From: Acidimicrobiales bacterium
Lineage (GTDB): Bacteria; Actinomycetota; Acidimicrobiia; Acidimicrobiales; Palsa-688
Length of the DNA: 64,000 bases
NCBI GenBank assembly: GCA_035294565.1
Contig: DATGKR010000009.1
Location: 7,193 to 71,192, forward strand
Direction of reading: 5' to 3'
Both the position numbers and the translations under genes were made by a program. This document shows positions 44,901 to 54,469 of this stretch, piece by piece. The notes beneath the pieces are model-generated. The model saw only the letters and a program-made list of their open reading frames with translations, was not told the origin of the DNA and searched no databases. Position 1 is the stretch's first letter. Each line of letters begins with the position of its first letter.

Positions 44901-46281
44901 GGGCGGGCTCGACACGGGTCGCCAGGTCCCACAGGTCCGGTACGAGCTCCCTGCAGGACACGAACCCGAAGCCGATCCGATCCTCGTAGGAGAGGACGGT
45001 GATGTTCAGGCCCATCCCGTCGAGAATCGGCCCCAGCGGGTACAGGCCGAGCAGCCGTCCCCCGGCGAAGTAGAGCGGGATCGGCGGCCCCGGCACGTTG
45101 GAGACCAGGAAGTTGAGCGCCGGCGGGTGCCGGTCGGCGAGCTCCATCTGGGAGTAGAGCCGCATGGCGAGGCCGAACAGGCGCGGCCCGGAGAACTCCA
45201 GCCAGTCCTGCAGGACGTCCGCCCCTATGGCCTTGAACTCCTCCTTGGCGTCCTTGGTGGACTCGCGGATCGAAAGGAGGCGCTCCACCGGGTCGTCGAC
45301 GTCGGTGGCCAGCGAAACGAACATGGCCGAGATCAGGTTTGCGCCGAATGACGCTGCGTCCTCACCCCGGGTGGACACGGGCACCCCTGCTATCAGCGGA
45401 CGGTCGGGCAGGGCTCGCTGCGACGCCAGCCAGCTCCGCACGGCGGAGGCGCACAGCGCGAGAACGACGTCGTTGACGGTCGTGCCGAAGAAGTCCTTGA
45501 CCGACCGCACCTCTTCGAGCGAGACCCTCACGAAGGCCACGTTGCGGCGCGGGGTGATGGCCCGGTTGAACGGGGTCGGCGGAGCGGAGAAAGGCGCGGC
45601 CATCCCGCCGGACGCCCCCCGCCGGCGCAGCGCGAGGGCGAGCGCCCCCATCGCCGTGCCGGCGAGAGCTCCGGGCAGGAGCAGCGGCCGCCGGAGCCGC
45701 TGGGCGAGACCCTGGGCGAAGAGCTCCAGCTCACCCGGGTTGCTCACCACCGCCCGGGCCGGCGGCGGCTCGAGCGGGCCCGGGTCCGGCTCCAGGTCGA
45801 ACAGGTGCATCATCAGGTTGGCGCCCGACACGCCGTCGATGGTGGCGTGGTGCATCTTGGCGACCAGCCCGACGTTGCCACCCTCGAGCCCCTCGACGAA
45901 CCACATGTCCCACAGCGGGCGGCTGCGGTCGAGGGGTATGGACGCGATCTCCCCGGCGAGCTCGGCGAGCTCTCGCGGGCCGCCCGGGCTGGGGCAGCCC
46001 ACCCGGTGCACGTGGGCATCCAGGTCGAAGTCGGGGTCTTCGACCCAAACGGGGTGGGAGATGCGGAAGGGGACGTCGATCACCTTGCGGGTGAACGCCG
46101 GCGAGCGCGACAGCCGGCTGGCGGTGAACGCCCTCATCTTCTCGAACGAGTAGCCCCCGGGCATCGTCGAGGGGTCGAACACGAGCACGCCGGTGACGTG
46201 CAGCTGGTTCTTGGGGGTCTCGACGTAGAGCATCGTCGCGTCGAGCCCGCTCAGGCGTTCCACTGTCGACACGGCGCTCAC
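44821..46281 (-). CDS. wax ester synthase / diacylglycerol O-acyltransferase (WS/DGAT)
   Basis: Frame of track ORF 44821..46434. GTG 46281 overlaps the TGA of the upstream gene. LSGLDATMLYVE. Catalytic HHATIDGVSGANLM (HHxxxDG). NRAITPRRNVAF. NVPGPPIPLYFAG. Confidence 0.86.
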   Translation of the reverse strand: MSAVSTVERLSGLDATMLYVETPKNQLHVTGVLVFDPSTMPGGYSFEKMRAFTASRLSRSPAFTRKVIDVPFRISHPVWVEDPDFDLDAHVHRVGCPSPGGPRELAELAGEIASIPLDRSRPLWDMWFVEGLEGGNVGLVAKMHHATIDGVSGANLMMHLFDLEPDPGPLEPPPARAVVSNPGELELFAQGLAQRLRRPLLLPGALAGTAMGALALALRRRGASGGMAAPFSAPPTPFNRAITPRRNVAFVRVSLEEVRSVKDFFGTTVNDVVLALCASAVRSWLASQRALPDRPLIAGVPVSTRGEDAASFGANLISAMFVSLATDVDDPVERLLSIRESTKDAKEEFKAIGADVLQDWLEFSGPRLFGLAMRLYSQMELADRHPPALNFLVSNVPGPPIPLYFAGGRLLGLYPLGPILDGMGLNITVLSYEDRIGFGFVSCRELVPDLWDLATRVEPALKELLSRTKKRPPRRHPPRPAPARIR

Positions 46282-48179
46282 CCTACTGGCAGCGAGAAGG
46301 ACCAGATCCCCGTCGCCTGGGGCGGGACGATCAGGCCGTCGAGCGACCCGTCCGACTCGCCCGTCCCCAGGTAGACGCTGCTGTCTGCGATCGCCGCCGC
46401 CGATGCCGGTACCGCGGCCAGCGGGAAAGCCCAAAGCGGCTGCCCGTTGTCGGCGTCGAAGGCTGCGACGCCGGCGGAGAAGGAGTCGGGAAGGAAAACG
46501 ACGCCGCCGGTGTAGGTAGAGGCGGCGTAGGTGGGCATCGACGGGACGTCGTAGTCGACCTTCCCGGTCGCGGCGTCGACTGCGTGCAGGGAGGTCAAGC
46601 GTTGCGGGTCGGAGAGGACGCTCGTGTCCGGGCAGGCCGGGAGCAGGGGCAGCGGGGAGAGCCCCGGGCAGCTGGAGATGTTGGCGTCCCCGTCACCCGG
46701 GGTGCGGACACCGTCGTTGCTGAAGGGGAGCGGCTCGGCGGAGGTGAAGAACGCCGTGGGCTTCCCGCCGGCAAGGCCGAGGGACGGCGAGCCGATCATG
46801 CCCCCGATGGAGCCGACCGAGTCGGGGGAAAGCTGCCCGGGCTGGGCGATCTGGTTCTGCCACAGCTCGGCGCCGGTCGCCTCGCAGAGCCCGTAGGCGT
46901 AGCCGCTCTTGGAACCCTCGATCACCAGTCGACCCCCGGGGCATCCCTTCACCGACGGAACGTCGGCGAGGATGGGGCTCGACCCCATGTCGTCGTCGCC
47001 GCCGCCCGGCTCGTTGGGGTTGTTGTCGTAACGGTTGTAAGGCTCGATGAAATTCCACACCCGCACGCCGGTCACCGGGTCCAGCGCGAAAACCCCCTGG
47101 TTGTCGACGTAGTCGCCGTGGGCGAGGGCGGCCGCGGGCGTGGGATCGGAGGAGCAGTTGGCCGTGGCGAAGACGACCAGGCCATCGAGGCTCCTCGCCC
47201 CGGACGCCGTGATCTGCTTCGGGTACCAACCCGGGGGTGGGATCTTCGCGGACCCTTGGTAGGTGTTGTCACCTGGCGGGTCGACGTAGGTGTTGTCGAG
47301 GGCGGGGGAGGACCACACGTCTCCGCAGTCGTCTGCTACCGGAGCCGCGTCGCGTACCCGGCTGCAGGAGGGGTTGGCGGCGCCGTCGCCACAGCTGAGG
47401 GTCGCGGCGTCCGAGCCTGCGAACTCAGAAGGCGTGAGGGTGATGTCACGGATCGGGACGTACTTCCAGAGCAGGGACCCGCTGAGGGCGTCGAAAGCCA
47501 TGAACCCCGTCCAAGCCACCCCCGAGCTGTCGTTGGTGTCGTTGCCGATCAGCACCTCGGGTGGGTCGACCGAGGTGTCGACGACCGGCGAGGATTCGAT
47601 CTCGACGACGCTGGTCGGCTTGGCCGGATCCGTGTCCTGCGCCCACAGACAGCGGCCCGTTCCGGCGTCTAGGGCGAACAAAGAGGCGCCGGCCGCCACG
47701 TAGACGATGCGTCGACCAGCAACGGTCTCCACGGCTGGCGAGGCAGTGATCTCACCGTAGCTCGGCTGGTGACGGTCTGCGTGCGGGTCGGCCGCGTCGA
47801 GAAAGCAGTCGTGGGGCGCCGTCGTGTCGAAGTTCCATTCGACGGCTCCGTCCGAGCGGTTCAGGGCGTAGAACTCGCCGGTCGAGTCGCCGGCGAAGAC
47901 CGAGCCGAAGGCGACCGCCGGGGTGTCAGTGACAGTGCCAGGAGTGGAGAAGAACCACGACGGGCGCAGCTGTGAGACGTTCGCCGCGTCGATGGCCGAG
48001 CACACGTCGCCGGTGTGGGCAGGGTCTGCCTGGTACATCGGCCAGGAGCCCTGCGACTGGCAGCCAGCTTTCGGGCGGGCCGGCCGTCCCTGGGTGGCAA
48101 GCGCCGCCTGCGCGCTGAGAACACTCGCGCAGCAGGCGAGCAGCGCGGCAGTTGCGGCGATCAGGCGGCGGTTGAGCAA
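46278..48179 (-). CDS. secreted PQQ-like (BamB/YVTN-type) beta-propeller repeat protein, probable lipoprotein
   Basis: 633 aa, TTG start. Signal with lipobox-like LLACC. Recurring propeller blades (FYALNRSDGAVEWNF, LFALDAGTGRCLWAQ, FDALSGSLLWKY, AFDADNGQPLWAF). Confidence 0.75.
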   Translation of the reverse strand: MLNRRLIAATAALLACCASVLSAQAALATQGRPARPKAGCQSQGSWPMYQADPAHTGDVCSAIDAANVSQLRPSWFFSTPGTVTDTPAVAFGSVFAGDSTGEFYALNRSDGAVEWNFDTTAPHDCFLDAADPHADRHQPSYGEITASPAVETVAGRRIVYVAAGASLFALDAGTGRCLWAQDTDPAKPTSVVEIESSPVVDTSVDPPEVLIGNDTNDSSGVAWTGFMAFDALSGSLLWKYVPIRDITLTPSEFAGSDAATLSCGDGAANPSCSRVRDAAPVADDCGDVWSSPALDNTYVDPPGDNTYQGSAKIPPPGWYPKQITASGARSLDGLVVFATANCSSDPTPAAALAHGDYVDNQGVFALDPVTGVRVWNFIEPYNRYDNNPNEPGGGDDDMGSSPILADVPSVKGCPGGRLVIEGSKSGYAYGLCEATGAELWQNQIAQPGQLSPDSVGSIGGMIGSPSLGLAGGKPTAFFTSAEPLPFSNDGVRTPGDGDANISSCPGLSPLPLLPACPDTSVLSDPQRLTSLHAVDAATGKVDYDVPSMPTYAASTYTGGVVFLPDSFSAGVAAFDADNGQPLWAFPLAAVPASAAAIADSSVYLGTGESDGSLDGLIVPPQATGIWSFSLPVG

Positions 48180-48354
48180 CGGTGAACCCCCAGAACAAGA
48201 TCTGTCTCAGTTGTTATATACGCCCTGGGCGGCGCGGTTCCTGCCGGGGAATGCGGCTACCTGGGAAACCCGCGACCAGGGGCGCCCACGGCCGCTGGCG
48301 GGGCGCCGGGGGTAACGCGCCGCCGCCCGGTGGGGCGGGTCCGGAGGCGGGCGG

Positions 48355-50034
48355 CTAGTCGCGGACGAGCGGTTTGTAGCGGACCCGGTGGGGGGTGTCG
48401 GCCTCGCCGCCGAGGCGTTTCCTCCGGTCCTCCTCGTAGCTCGAGAAGTTCCCCTCCCACCAGCGCACCTGCGAGTCACCCTCGAAGGCGAGGACATGCG
48501 TGGCGATGCGGTCGAGGAACCACCGGTCGTGGCTGATGACCACCACGCAGCCGGGGAACTCGAGCAGGCCGTCCTCGAGGGCTCTCAACGTGTCCACGTC
48601 GAGGTCGTTGGTCGGCTCGTCCAGGAGCAGCACGTTCCCGCCGGCGCGCAACACCTTCGCCAGGTTCACCCTGTTGCGTTCGCCGCCCGAGAGGCTCCCG
48701 ACCGGCTTCTGCTGGTCGGATCCCTTGAAGCCGAACGCCGCCGCGTAGGCGCGCCCGTGAACCTCCCGGCCGCCTACGACGAGGCGCTCCTGACCGCCGG
48801 ACACCTCCTCGAAGACCGTCTTGGCGGGATCCAGCGTCTCGCGCGTCTGGTCGGCGTAGGCGAGCACGACGCTCTCACCCACGCGTATCGACCCCCCGTC
48901 GGGTTCCTCCAGACCGGCGATCATTCGGAACAGGGTTGTCTTCCCGGTCCCGTTCGCCCCGATCACCCCTACTATGCCTCCAGGGGGCAGAGAGAAGCTG
49001 AGCCCGTCGATCAGCAGGCGGTCCCCGTAGCCCTTGCGGACGTCGGCGGCCTCGACAACGAGGTCGCCCAGCCTCGGGCCCGGCGGGATGGTCAGCTCCA
49101 GCCTTTCGCCCCTGCGCTCAGACGCCTCCGCGTCGGCGACCAGCTGGTTGTACGCCGTCACCCTCGCCTTGCTCTTGGCCTGACGGGCCCGCGGCGACAT
49201 GCGGATCCACTCCAGCTCGCGCTCGAGGGTTCGCTGCCTGGCGCGGTCCGCCTTCTCCTCCCCGGCCAGGCGGGCCTGCTTCTGCTCCAGCCACGAGGAG
49301 TAGTTCCCCTCCCAGGGGATGCCGAAGCCACGGTCGAGCTCGAGGATCCAGGCCGCCACGTTGTCGAGGAAGTAGCGGTCGTGCGTCACGGCGACAACGG
49401 TGCCGGGGTACTCCTGCAGCGTCCGTTCCAGCCAGGCGACGGACTCGGCGTCGAGATGGTTGGTCGGCTCGTCGAGCAGGAGCAGGTCCGGAGCGGACAG
49501 GAGCAGGCGGCACAGGGCTACGCGCCGGCGTTCGCCCCCGGAGAGGGTGGACACCTCCGCCTCGCCGGGCGGCAGCCGCAGGGCGTCCATGGCGATCTCC
49601 AGGCGCCTGTCGAGCTCCCAGGCCCCTGCCGCGTCGATCCGGTCCTGCAGGTCCGCCTGTTCGGCGAGGAGCTTGTCGAAGTCGGCGCCCGGCTCGCCCA
49701 TCGCTACGCACACCTCCTCGTAGCGCTGCAGCAGGCGCTTGGCCTCGGCCACGCCGTCGGCGACGTTGCCGGCCACGTCCTTGGACGGGTCGAGCTGCGG
49801 CTCCTGTGGCAGGTACCCGGCGGTGAAACCGGGTGTCATCCGGGCCTCGCCGGTGTAGCCGTCGTCCTCGCCGGCCATGATGCGCAGCAGCGAGGACTTG
49901 CCCGAGCCGTTGGCCCCAATCACGCCGATCTTGGCGCCCGGGTAGAAGGACAAGCTGATGCCGCGCAGCACCTCCCGGTCGGGTGGGTAGAAGCGGCGCA
50001 GGTCGCGCATGGTGAAGATGAACTGGGCGGGCAT
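48355..50034 (-). CDS. ettA: energy-dependent translational throttle protein EttA (ABC-F)
   Basis: 559 aa. MPAQFIFTMRDLRRFYPPDREVLRGISLSFYPGAKIGVIGANGSGKSSLL. Two ABC cassettes (LSGGERRRVAL, LSGGERNRVNL) and no TM domain. Confidence 0.93.
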   Translation of the reverse strand: MPAQFIFTMRDLRRFYPPDREVLRGISLSFYPGAKIGVIGANGSGKSSLLRIMAGEDDGYTGEARMTPGFTAGYLPQEPQLDPSKDVAGNVADGVAEAKRLLQRYEEVCVAMGEPGADFDKLLAEQADLQDRIDAAGAWELDRRLEIAMDALRLPPGEAEVSTLSGGERRRVALCRLLLSAPDLLLLDEPTNHLDAESVAWLERTLQEYPGTVVAVTHDRYFLDNVAAWILELDRGFGIPWEGNYSSWLEQKQARLAGEEKADRARQRTLERELEWIRMSPRARQAKSKARVTAYNQLVADAEASERRGERLELTIPPGPRLGDLVVEAADVRKGYGDRLLIDGLSFSLPPGGIVGVIGANGTGKTTLFRMIAGLEEPDGGSIRVGESVVLAYADQTRETLDPAKTVFEEVSGGQERLVVGGREVHGRAYAAAFGFKGSDQQKPVGSLSGGERNRVNLAKVLRAGGNVLLLDEPTNDLDVDTLRALEDGLLEFPGCVVVISHDRWFLDRIATHVLAFEGDSQVRWWEGNFSSYEEDRRKRLGGEADTPHRVRYKPLVRD

Positions 50035-50078
50035 GGCCCGACCAGTCTGCCCGAGGGCGGGCGTACGCTGGTCTTGTT

Positions 50079-53000
50079 ATGGCCCCCACGACGCGCGAGC
50101 CGGCCAGCTTCGGACCCAACGCCTGGCTGGTGGACGAAATGTACGAGCAGTACCGACAGGATCCGGCATCGGTGAACGAGAGCTGGCGGGAGTTCTTCGA
50201 GAACTACCGCCCCGGAGGGGCGAACCTGGCACGTCCGTCCACCCCGGCGCCATCCGCGACGGCCGTCGAGGACGGCGAGGCTGCGGCGGGGTCCGCTGCA
50301 CCCCCCGTCTCGCAGCCTCCCGACTCCGCCGGGGTGTCGACGGCGGCGCAGGCCGGCCCGGCGGGGACCTCCGGCCGGACGGCCTTGCAGCCTGAAAGCT
50401 CTCGGGTGGCAGCCGCGCCGCAGGGCGCGCCGCTCCGCGGCGCGGCCGCCCGCGTCGCTGCCAACATGACGGCCAGCCTCGCCGTCCCCACGGCGACCAG
50501 CTTCCGGGTGATCCCCGCCCGCCTGCTCGAGGTCAACCGCACCATCTTGAACAACCAGCTCTCCAGGACGGGGGCGGCCGGCAAGGTCAGCTTCACCCAC
50601 CTGATCGGCTACGCCGTGGTCGAAGCGGTGCGGGCGGTCCCCAGCATGAACTCGTCCTTCGTCGAGGCGTCGGGCAGCCCGTCGGTCGTCCGCCACGAGC
50701 ATCTCGGGCTCGGCATTGCCGTCGACGTCGAGAAGCCCGACGGCTCGAGGACGTTGATGGTGCCGGTCGTCAGGGACGCCGACACCCTCGACTTCCGCCA
50801 GTTCTGGTCGGCCTACGAGGACCTGGTGCGCAAGGTCCGCACCGGCAAGGTCGCCGCCGACGACCTGGCGGGCGCGACCGTCACGCTGACCAACCCGGGG
50901 ACCATCGGGACGGTCCAGTCCGTACCCCGCCTCATGCCCGGCCAGGGGGCGATCATCGGCGTGGGCAGCATCGACTACCCGGCCGAATGGCAGGCCGCCG
51001 ACCGCCGCGTCCTCGCCGAGCTGGGGGTGTCGAAGGTGGTGACCGTGACCAGCACCTACGACCACCGCATCATCCAGGGCGCCGAGTCGGGCCTCTTCCT
51101 CCAGAAGGTCCACCGTCTGCTGATCGGCGAGGACGGCTTCTACCGGCGGGTGTTCCGCTCCATGGGCGTCCCCTACGAGCCGGTGCCTTTCCACCAGGAC
51201 GTCAACGACCTCGCCGAGGGTGCCGACCTGCACATCCGCAAGCAGATGGAGGTCGACAATCTCATCAACATGTACCGGGTGCGGGGCCACCTGATAGCCC
51301 ATCTCGACCCGCTCGACTGGAAAGACCCCCAGATGCACCCGGAGCTCGACCCCCAGAGCCACGGGTTGTCCGTCTGGGATCTCGACAGGGAGTTCCTGAC
51401 CAACGGCCTCGCCGGGTCGGAACGGATGAAGCTGGGCGACATCCTGGGTGTTCTGCGCGACGCCTACTGCCGGACGGTCGGCGTCGAGTACATGCACATC
51501 CAGGAGCCGGACCAGAAGCGCTGGATCCAGGAGCACGTCGAGGGGGTCTCGACGGCGCTCAGCACCGAGGAGCAGCGCTGGATCCTCGACCGGCTCAACG
51601 CGGCCGAGGCGCTGGAGCAGTTCCTCAACACGAAGTACATAGGCCAGAAGCGCTTCGGGCTGGAAGGGGGGGAATCGGCGATCCCGATGATCGACGCGAT
51701 CCTCGACCGGGCGGCGTCGGAGGGGCTGTCGCAGGCGGTGATCGGGATGGCCCACCGCGGGCGCCTCAACGTTTTGATCAACATCGTCGGAAAGAGCTAC
51801 GGCGAGCTGTTCGACGAGTTCGAGGGGTACATAGACCCGGGCACCGTCCAGGGCTCTGGGGACGTCAAGTACCACAAGGGTTTCAAGGGTAAGTTCACCG
51901 GCCGCTCGGGGGTGCCGATCGAGGTGACCCTCGCGTCGAACCCGTCGCACCTCGAGGCGGTGGACCCCGTCGTCGAAGGCATGGCCCGCGCCTTCCAGGA
52001 CCAGTTTCCGGAAAAAGGTCCGCATCCCGCGCTGCCCCTTCTCATCCACGGGGACGCCGCCTTCGCCGGACAGGGGGTGGTGGCCGAGACGCTCAACATG
52101 TCCGCCCTGCCCGGCTACGAAACGGGGGGGACCGTCCACCTCGTGATCAACAACCAGCTGGGGTTCACCACCAACCCCGAGTCAGCCCGCTCGTCGGTGT
52201 ACGCCACCGACGTGGCCAAGATGGTGCAGGCGCCGATCTTCCACGTGAACGGCGACGACCCCGAGGCCTGCGTGCGCGTCGGACGCCTCGCCTTCGCCTT
52301 CCGCCAGCAGTTCCACAAGGACGTGGTGATCGACTTGGTCTGCTACCGCCGCTACGGCCACAACGAGCAGGACGACCCTTCCCTGACCCAACCGCTGCTC
52401 TACCAGCTGATCAAAGAGCACCGCAGTGTCCGCAAGCTCTACACGGAAGCCCTGGTCCGCCGTGGGGACATCGACCTCGACCAGGCCGAGGCGGCCCTCA
52501 AGGACTTCTCGGCCCGTCTTCAAGCGGCGCTGGAGGAGACGCGCGCCTCGGCGCCTCCGAGGCCGACGCGGCTGCCCCCGCCACCCGAGCCGGCACCCGT
52601 GCTGCCGCCGCTCGAGACAGGTGTCGAGATCGAGGGCCTGCAGAAGGTCGTCGACGCGCTGCAGACCTTCCCTGACGGGTTCACCATCCACCCCAAGCTG
52701 GTCAAGGTCTTCGATGCCCGCTCGCGTCTCTGGGAGTCGGGGGAGGTCGACTGGGCCCTCGGCGAGGCGCTCGCCTACGGCACGCTGCTGCTCGAGGGCA
52801 GGGACGTGCGCCTCGCCGGCCAGGACACCAGGCGGGGCACTTTCGGCCACCGCAACGCGGCCGTCGTCGACTACGCGACCGGCGTCGAGTACGTGCCCCT
52901 GGCGGCCCTCGGCCCGGGCCGTTTCTTCGTCTACGACTCCCTTCTCTCGGAGTACGCGGCCCTGGGGTTCGAATACGGGTACTCCCTCGTCGCGCGCGAC

Positions 53001-53762
53001 GGCCTCGTCGCCTGGGAGGCGCAGTTCGGCGATTTCGTCAACGGGGCCGAGATCGTCATCGACCAGTTCCTCGCCGCCGCCGAGATCAAGTGGGGACAGA
53101 CGTCGGGTCTGACCCTTCTGCTGCCCCACGGCTACGAGGGCCAGGGCGCCGAGCACTCGTCCGCCCGGCTGGAACGATTCTTGGAGCTGTGCGCCGAGGA
53201 CAACATGCAGGTGGCCAACGCCACGACCGCCGCTCAGCTGTTCCACCTGCTACGAAGGCAAGTCCTGCGTACCAGCCGCAAGCCGCTCGTGCTCCTCACC
53301 CCCAAGCGCTACCTGCGGGGCAGGGAGGCGTACAGCCGAGTGGCGGAGTTCACGGCCGGGCATTTCCGCGAGGTTCTCCTGCCGGACACCCCCGACCCGG
53401 AGGCGGTGCGAAGGGTGCTGCTGGCCACCGGCAAGGTGGCGTTGGACGTGATGGGGGCTCAGGCCAAGGCCGGTCGGAAGGACGTTGCCGTCGTCAGGGT
53501 GGAGCAGCTCTACCCGTGGCCAGCCGACCAGCTCGCCTCCGCAGTTGCGGCCTTCGAACGCGCCGAGGAGGTCGTCTGGGTCCAGGAGGAGCCGGAGAAC
53601 ATGGGAGCTGCGACCTTCGTGCGCGACCGCCTCGAGTCGTTGTTCGCCTCCGACTTCAAGCTGGGGCAGGTCGCCCGAGCGGCGTCGGGGTCGCCGGCCA
53701 CGGGCAGCCATGCGATGCACGAGCTCGAGCAGGAGGACCTGCTGGCACGGGCGCTCGGCTAG
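50079..53762 (+). CDS. kgd: multifunctional 2-oxoglutarate decarboxylase/dehydrogenase (actinobacterial Kgd/OdhA type with E2-like acyltransferase segment)
   Basis: 1227 aa. FGPNAWLVDEMYEQYRQDPASV. Acyltransferase-like VTSTYDHRIIQGAESG. E1o core GMAHRGRLNVL, HGDAAFAGQGVV, GHNEQDDPS, LPHGYEGQGAEHSS. Confidence 0.95.
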   Translation: MAPTTREPASFGPNAWLVDEMYEQYRQDPASVNESWREFFENYRPGGANLARPSTPAPSATAVEDGEAAAGSAAPPVSQPPDSAGVSTAAQAGPAGTSGRTALQPESSRVAAAPQGAPLRGAAARVAANMTASLAVPTATSFRVIPARLLEVNRTILNNQLSRTGAAGKVSFTHLIGYAVVEAVRAVPSMNSSFVEASGSPSVVRHEHLGLGIAVDVEKPDGSRTLMVPVVRDADTLDFRQFWSAYEDLVRKVRTGKVAADDLAGATVTLTNPGTIGTVQSVPRLMPGQGAIIGVGSIDYPAEWQAADRRVLAELGVSKVVTVTSTYDHRIIQGAESGLFLQKVHRLLIGEDGFYRRVFRSMGVPYEPVPFHQDVNDLAEGADLHIRKQMEVDNLINMYRVRGHLIAHLDPLDWKDPQMHPELDPQSHGLSVWDLDREFLTNGLAGSERMKLGDILGVLRDAYCRTVGVEYMHIQEPDQKRWIQEHVEGVSTALSTEEQRWILDRLNAAEALEQFLNTKYIGQKRFGLEGGESAIPMIDAILDRAASEGLSQAVIGMAHRGRLNVLINIVGKSYGELFDEFEGYIDPGTVQGSGDVKYHKGFKGKFTGRSGVPIEVTLASNPSHLEAVDPVVEGMARAFQDQFPEKGPHPALPLLIHGDAAFAGQGVVAETLNMSALPGYETGGTVHLVINNQLGFTTNPESARSSVYATDVAKMVQAPIFHVNGDDPEACVRVGRLAFAFRQQFHKDVVIDLVCYRRYGHNEQDDPSLTQPLLYQLIKEHRSVRKLYTEALVRRGDIDLDQAEAALKDFSARLQAALEETRASAPPRPTRLPPPPEPAPVLPPLETGVEIEGLQKVVDALQTFPDGFTIHPKLVKVFDARSRLWESGEVDWALGEALAYGTLLLEGRDVRLAGQDTRRGTFGHRNAAVVDYATGVEYVPLAALGPGRFFVYDSLLSEYAALGFEYGYSLVARDGLVAWEAQFGDFVNGAEIVIDQFLAAAEIKWGQTSGLTLLLPHGYEGQGAEHSSARLERFLELCAEDNMQVANATTAAQLFHLLRRQVLRTSRKPLVLLTPKRYLRGREAYSRVAEFTAGHFREVLLPDTPDPEAVRRVLLATGKVALDVMGAQAKAGRKDVAVVRVEQLYPWPADQLASAVAAFERAEEVVWVQEEPENMGAATFVRDRLESLFASDFKLGQVARAASGSPATGSHAMHELEQEDLLARALG

Positions 53763-54418
53763 TCGCCGTCGGAAAGCGGGAAGCCGACGAGCTCTTCGAG
53801 CTCGCGAAGCGCTCGGTCCGGCTCGACGACCTTGATCGTCCGCATGCCGAGCGCCCGCGCCGGCTTGAGGTTGATCCCGAGATCGTCGAGGAACACCGCC
53901 TCTTCGGGTTCGACGGCGAGCGCCTCGAGGGCGATCTCGTAGAAGCGAGGGTCGGGTTTGCGGTGGCCCACGCTCGACGACTCCACCACCACGTCGAAGT
54001 GGGCGAGCAGCTCCTGGTAGCCCTCCTGCGCCTCGCCGCCGGGCACGACGAAGTTGTTCGTGAGGAGAGCCGTTTTCAGCCGATCGTGGCAGCGGCGCAC
54101 GGCTTCGACCATCTCGGGCCGGATCTCCCCGCGGATCAACCCCAGGAGCTCCGCCGCGTCGACCTTCGCACCTGCTGCCTCCGCCTCGGCCTCGAAGAGC
54201 ACGACGAACTCGTCGACGCTCACTTCGGAGCGCTCGAGGCGTGCCCAGGCGTTGCGGTCGGGGTTCGTCGCGTTGAGCTTGCGGATGAAGCCGGCCGGCA
54301 GGTTGTTGTCCTGTTCGTATCGGGCGAAGGCTTCGAAGGGGCTGGCGGTTATGACCCCGCCGAAGTCCCAGAGGACCGCCTGCAGCGCCCGGGGCGGTGG
54401 TTGCGGCACCCGGCGCAC
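53759..54418 (-). CDS. HAD-superfamily hydrolase (subfamily IA variant 3-like)
   Basis: Frame of track ORF 53759..55486; start chosen at GTG 54418 (GTG 54409 also possible). Motifs AVLWDFGGVI (I), ALLTNN (II), RKPDPRFYE (III), VFLDDLGINL (IV). Confidence 0.75.
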   Translation of the reverse strand: MRRVPQPPPRALQAVLWDFGGVITASPFEAFARYEQDNNLPAGFIRKLNATNPDRNAWARLERSEVSVDEFVVLFEAEAEAAGAKVDAAELLGLIRGEIRPEMVEAVRRCHDRLKTALLTNNFVVPGGEAQEGYQELLAHFDVVVESSSVGHRKPDPRFYEIALEALAVEPEEAVFLDDLGINLKPARALGMRTIKVVEPDRALRELEELVGFPLSDGD

Positions 54419-54469
54419 TCTAGAGGCTCCGCTACCTCCGCCACCGCGGCTGCTTGACTCTACGGAAGC

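Noticed and set aside
49920-52139. 739-aa minus-strand ORF
   Set aside because: It is antisense to the unmistakable kgd gene and overlaps the ettA 5' end. The composition is R/G/P/D-rich without motifs.
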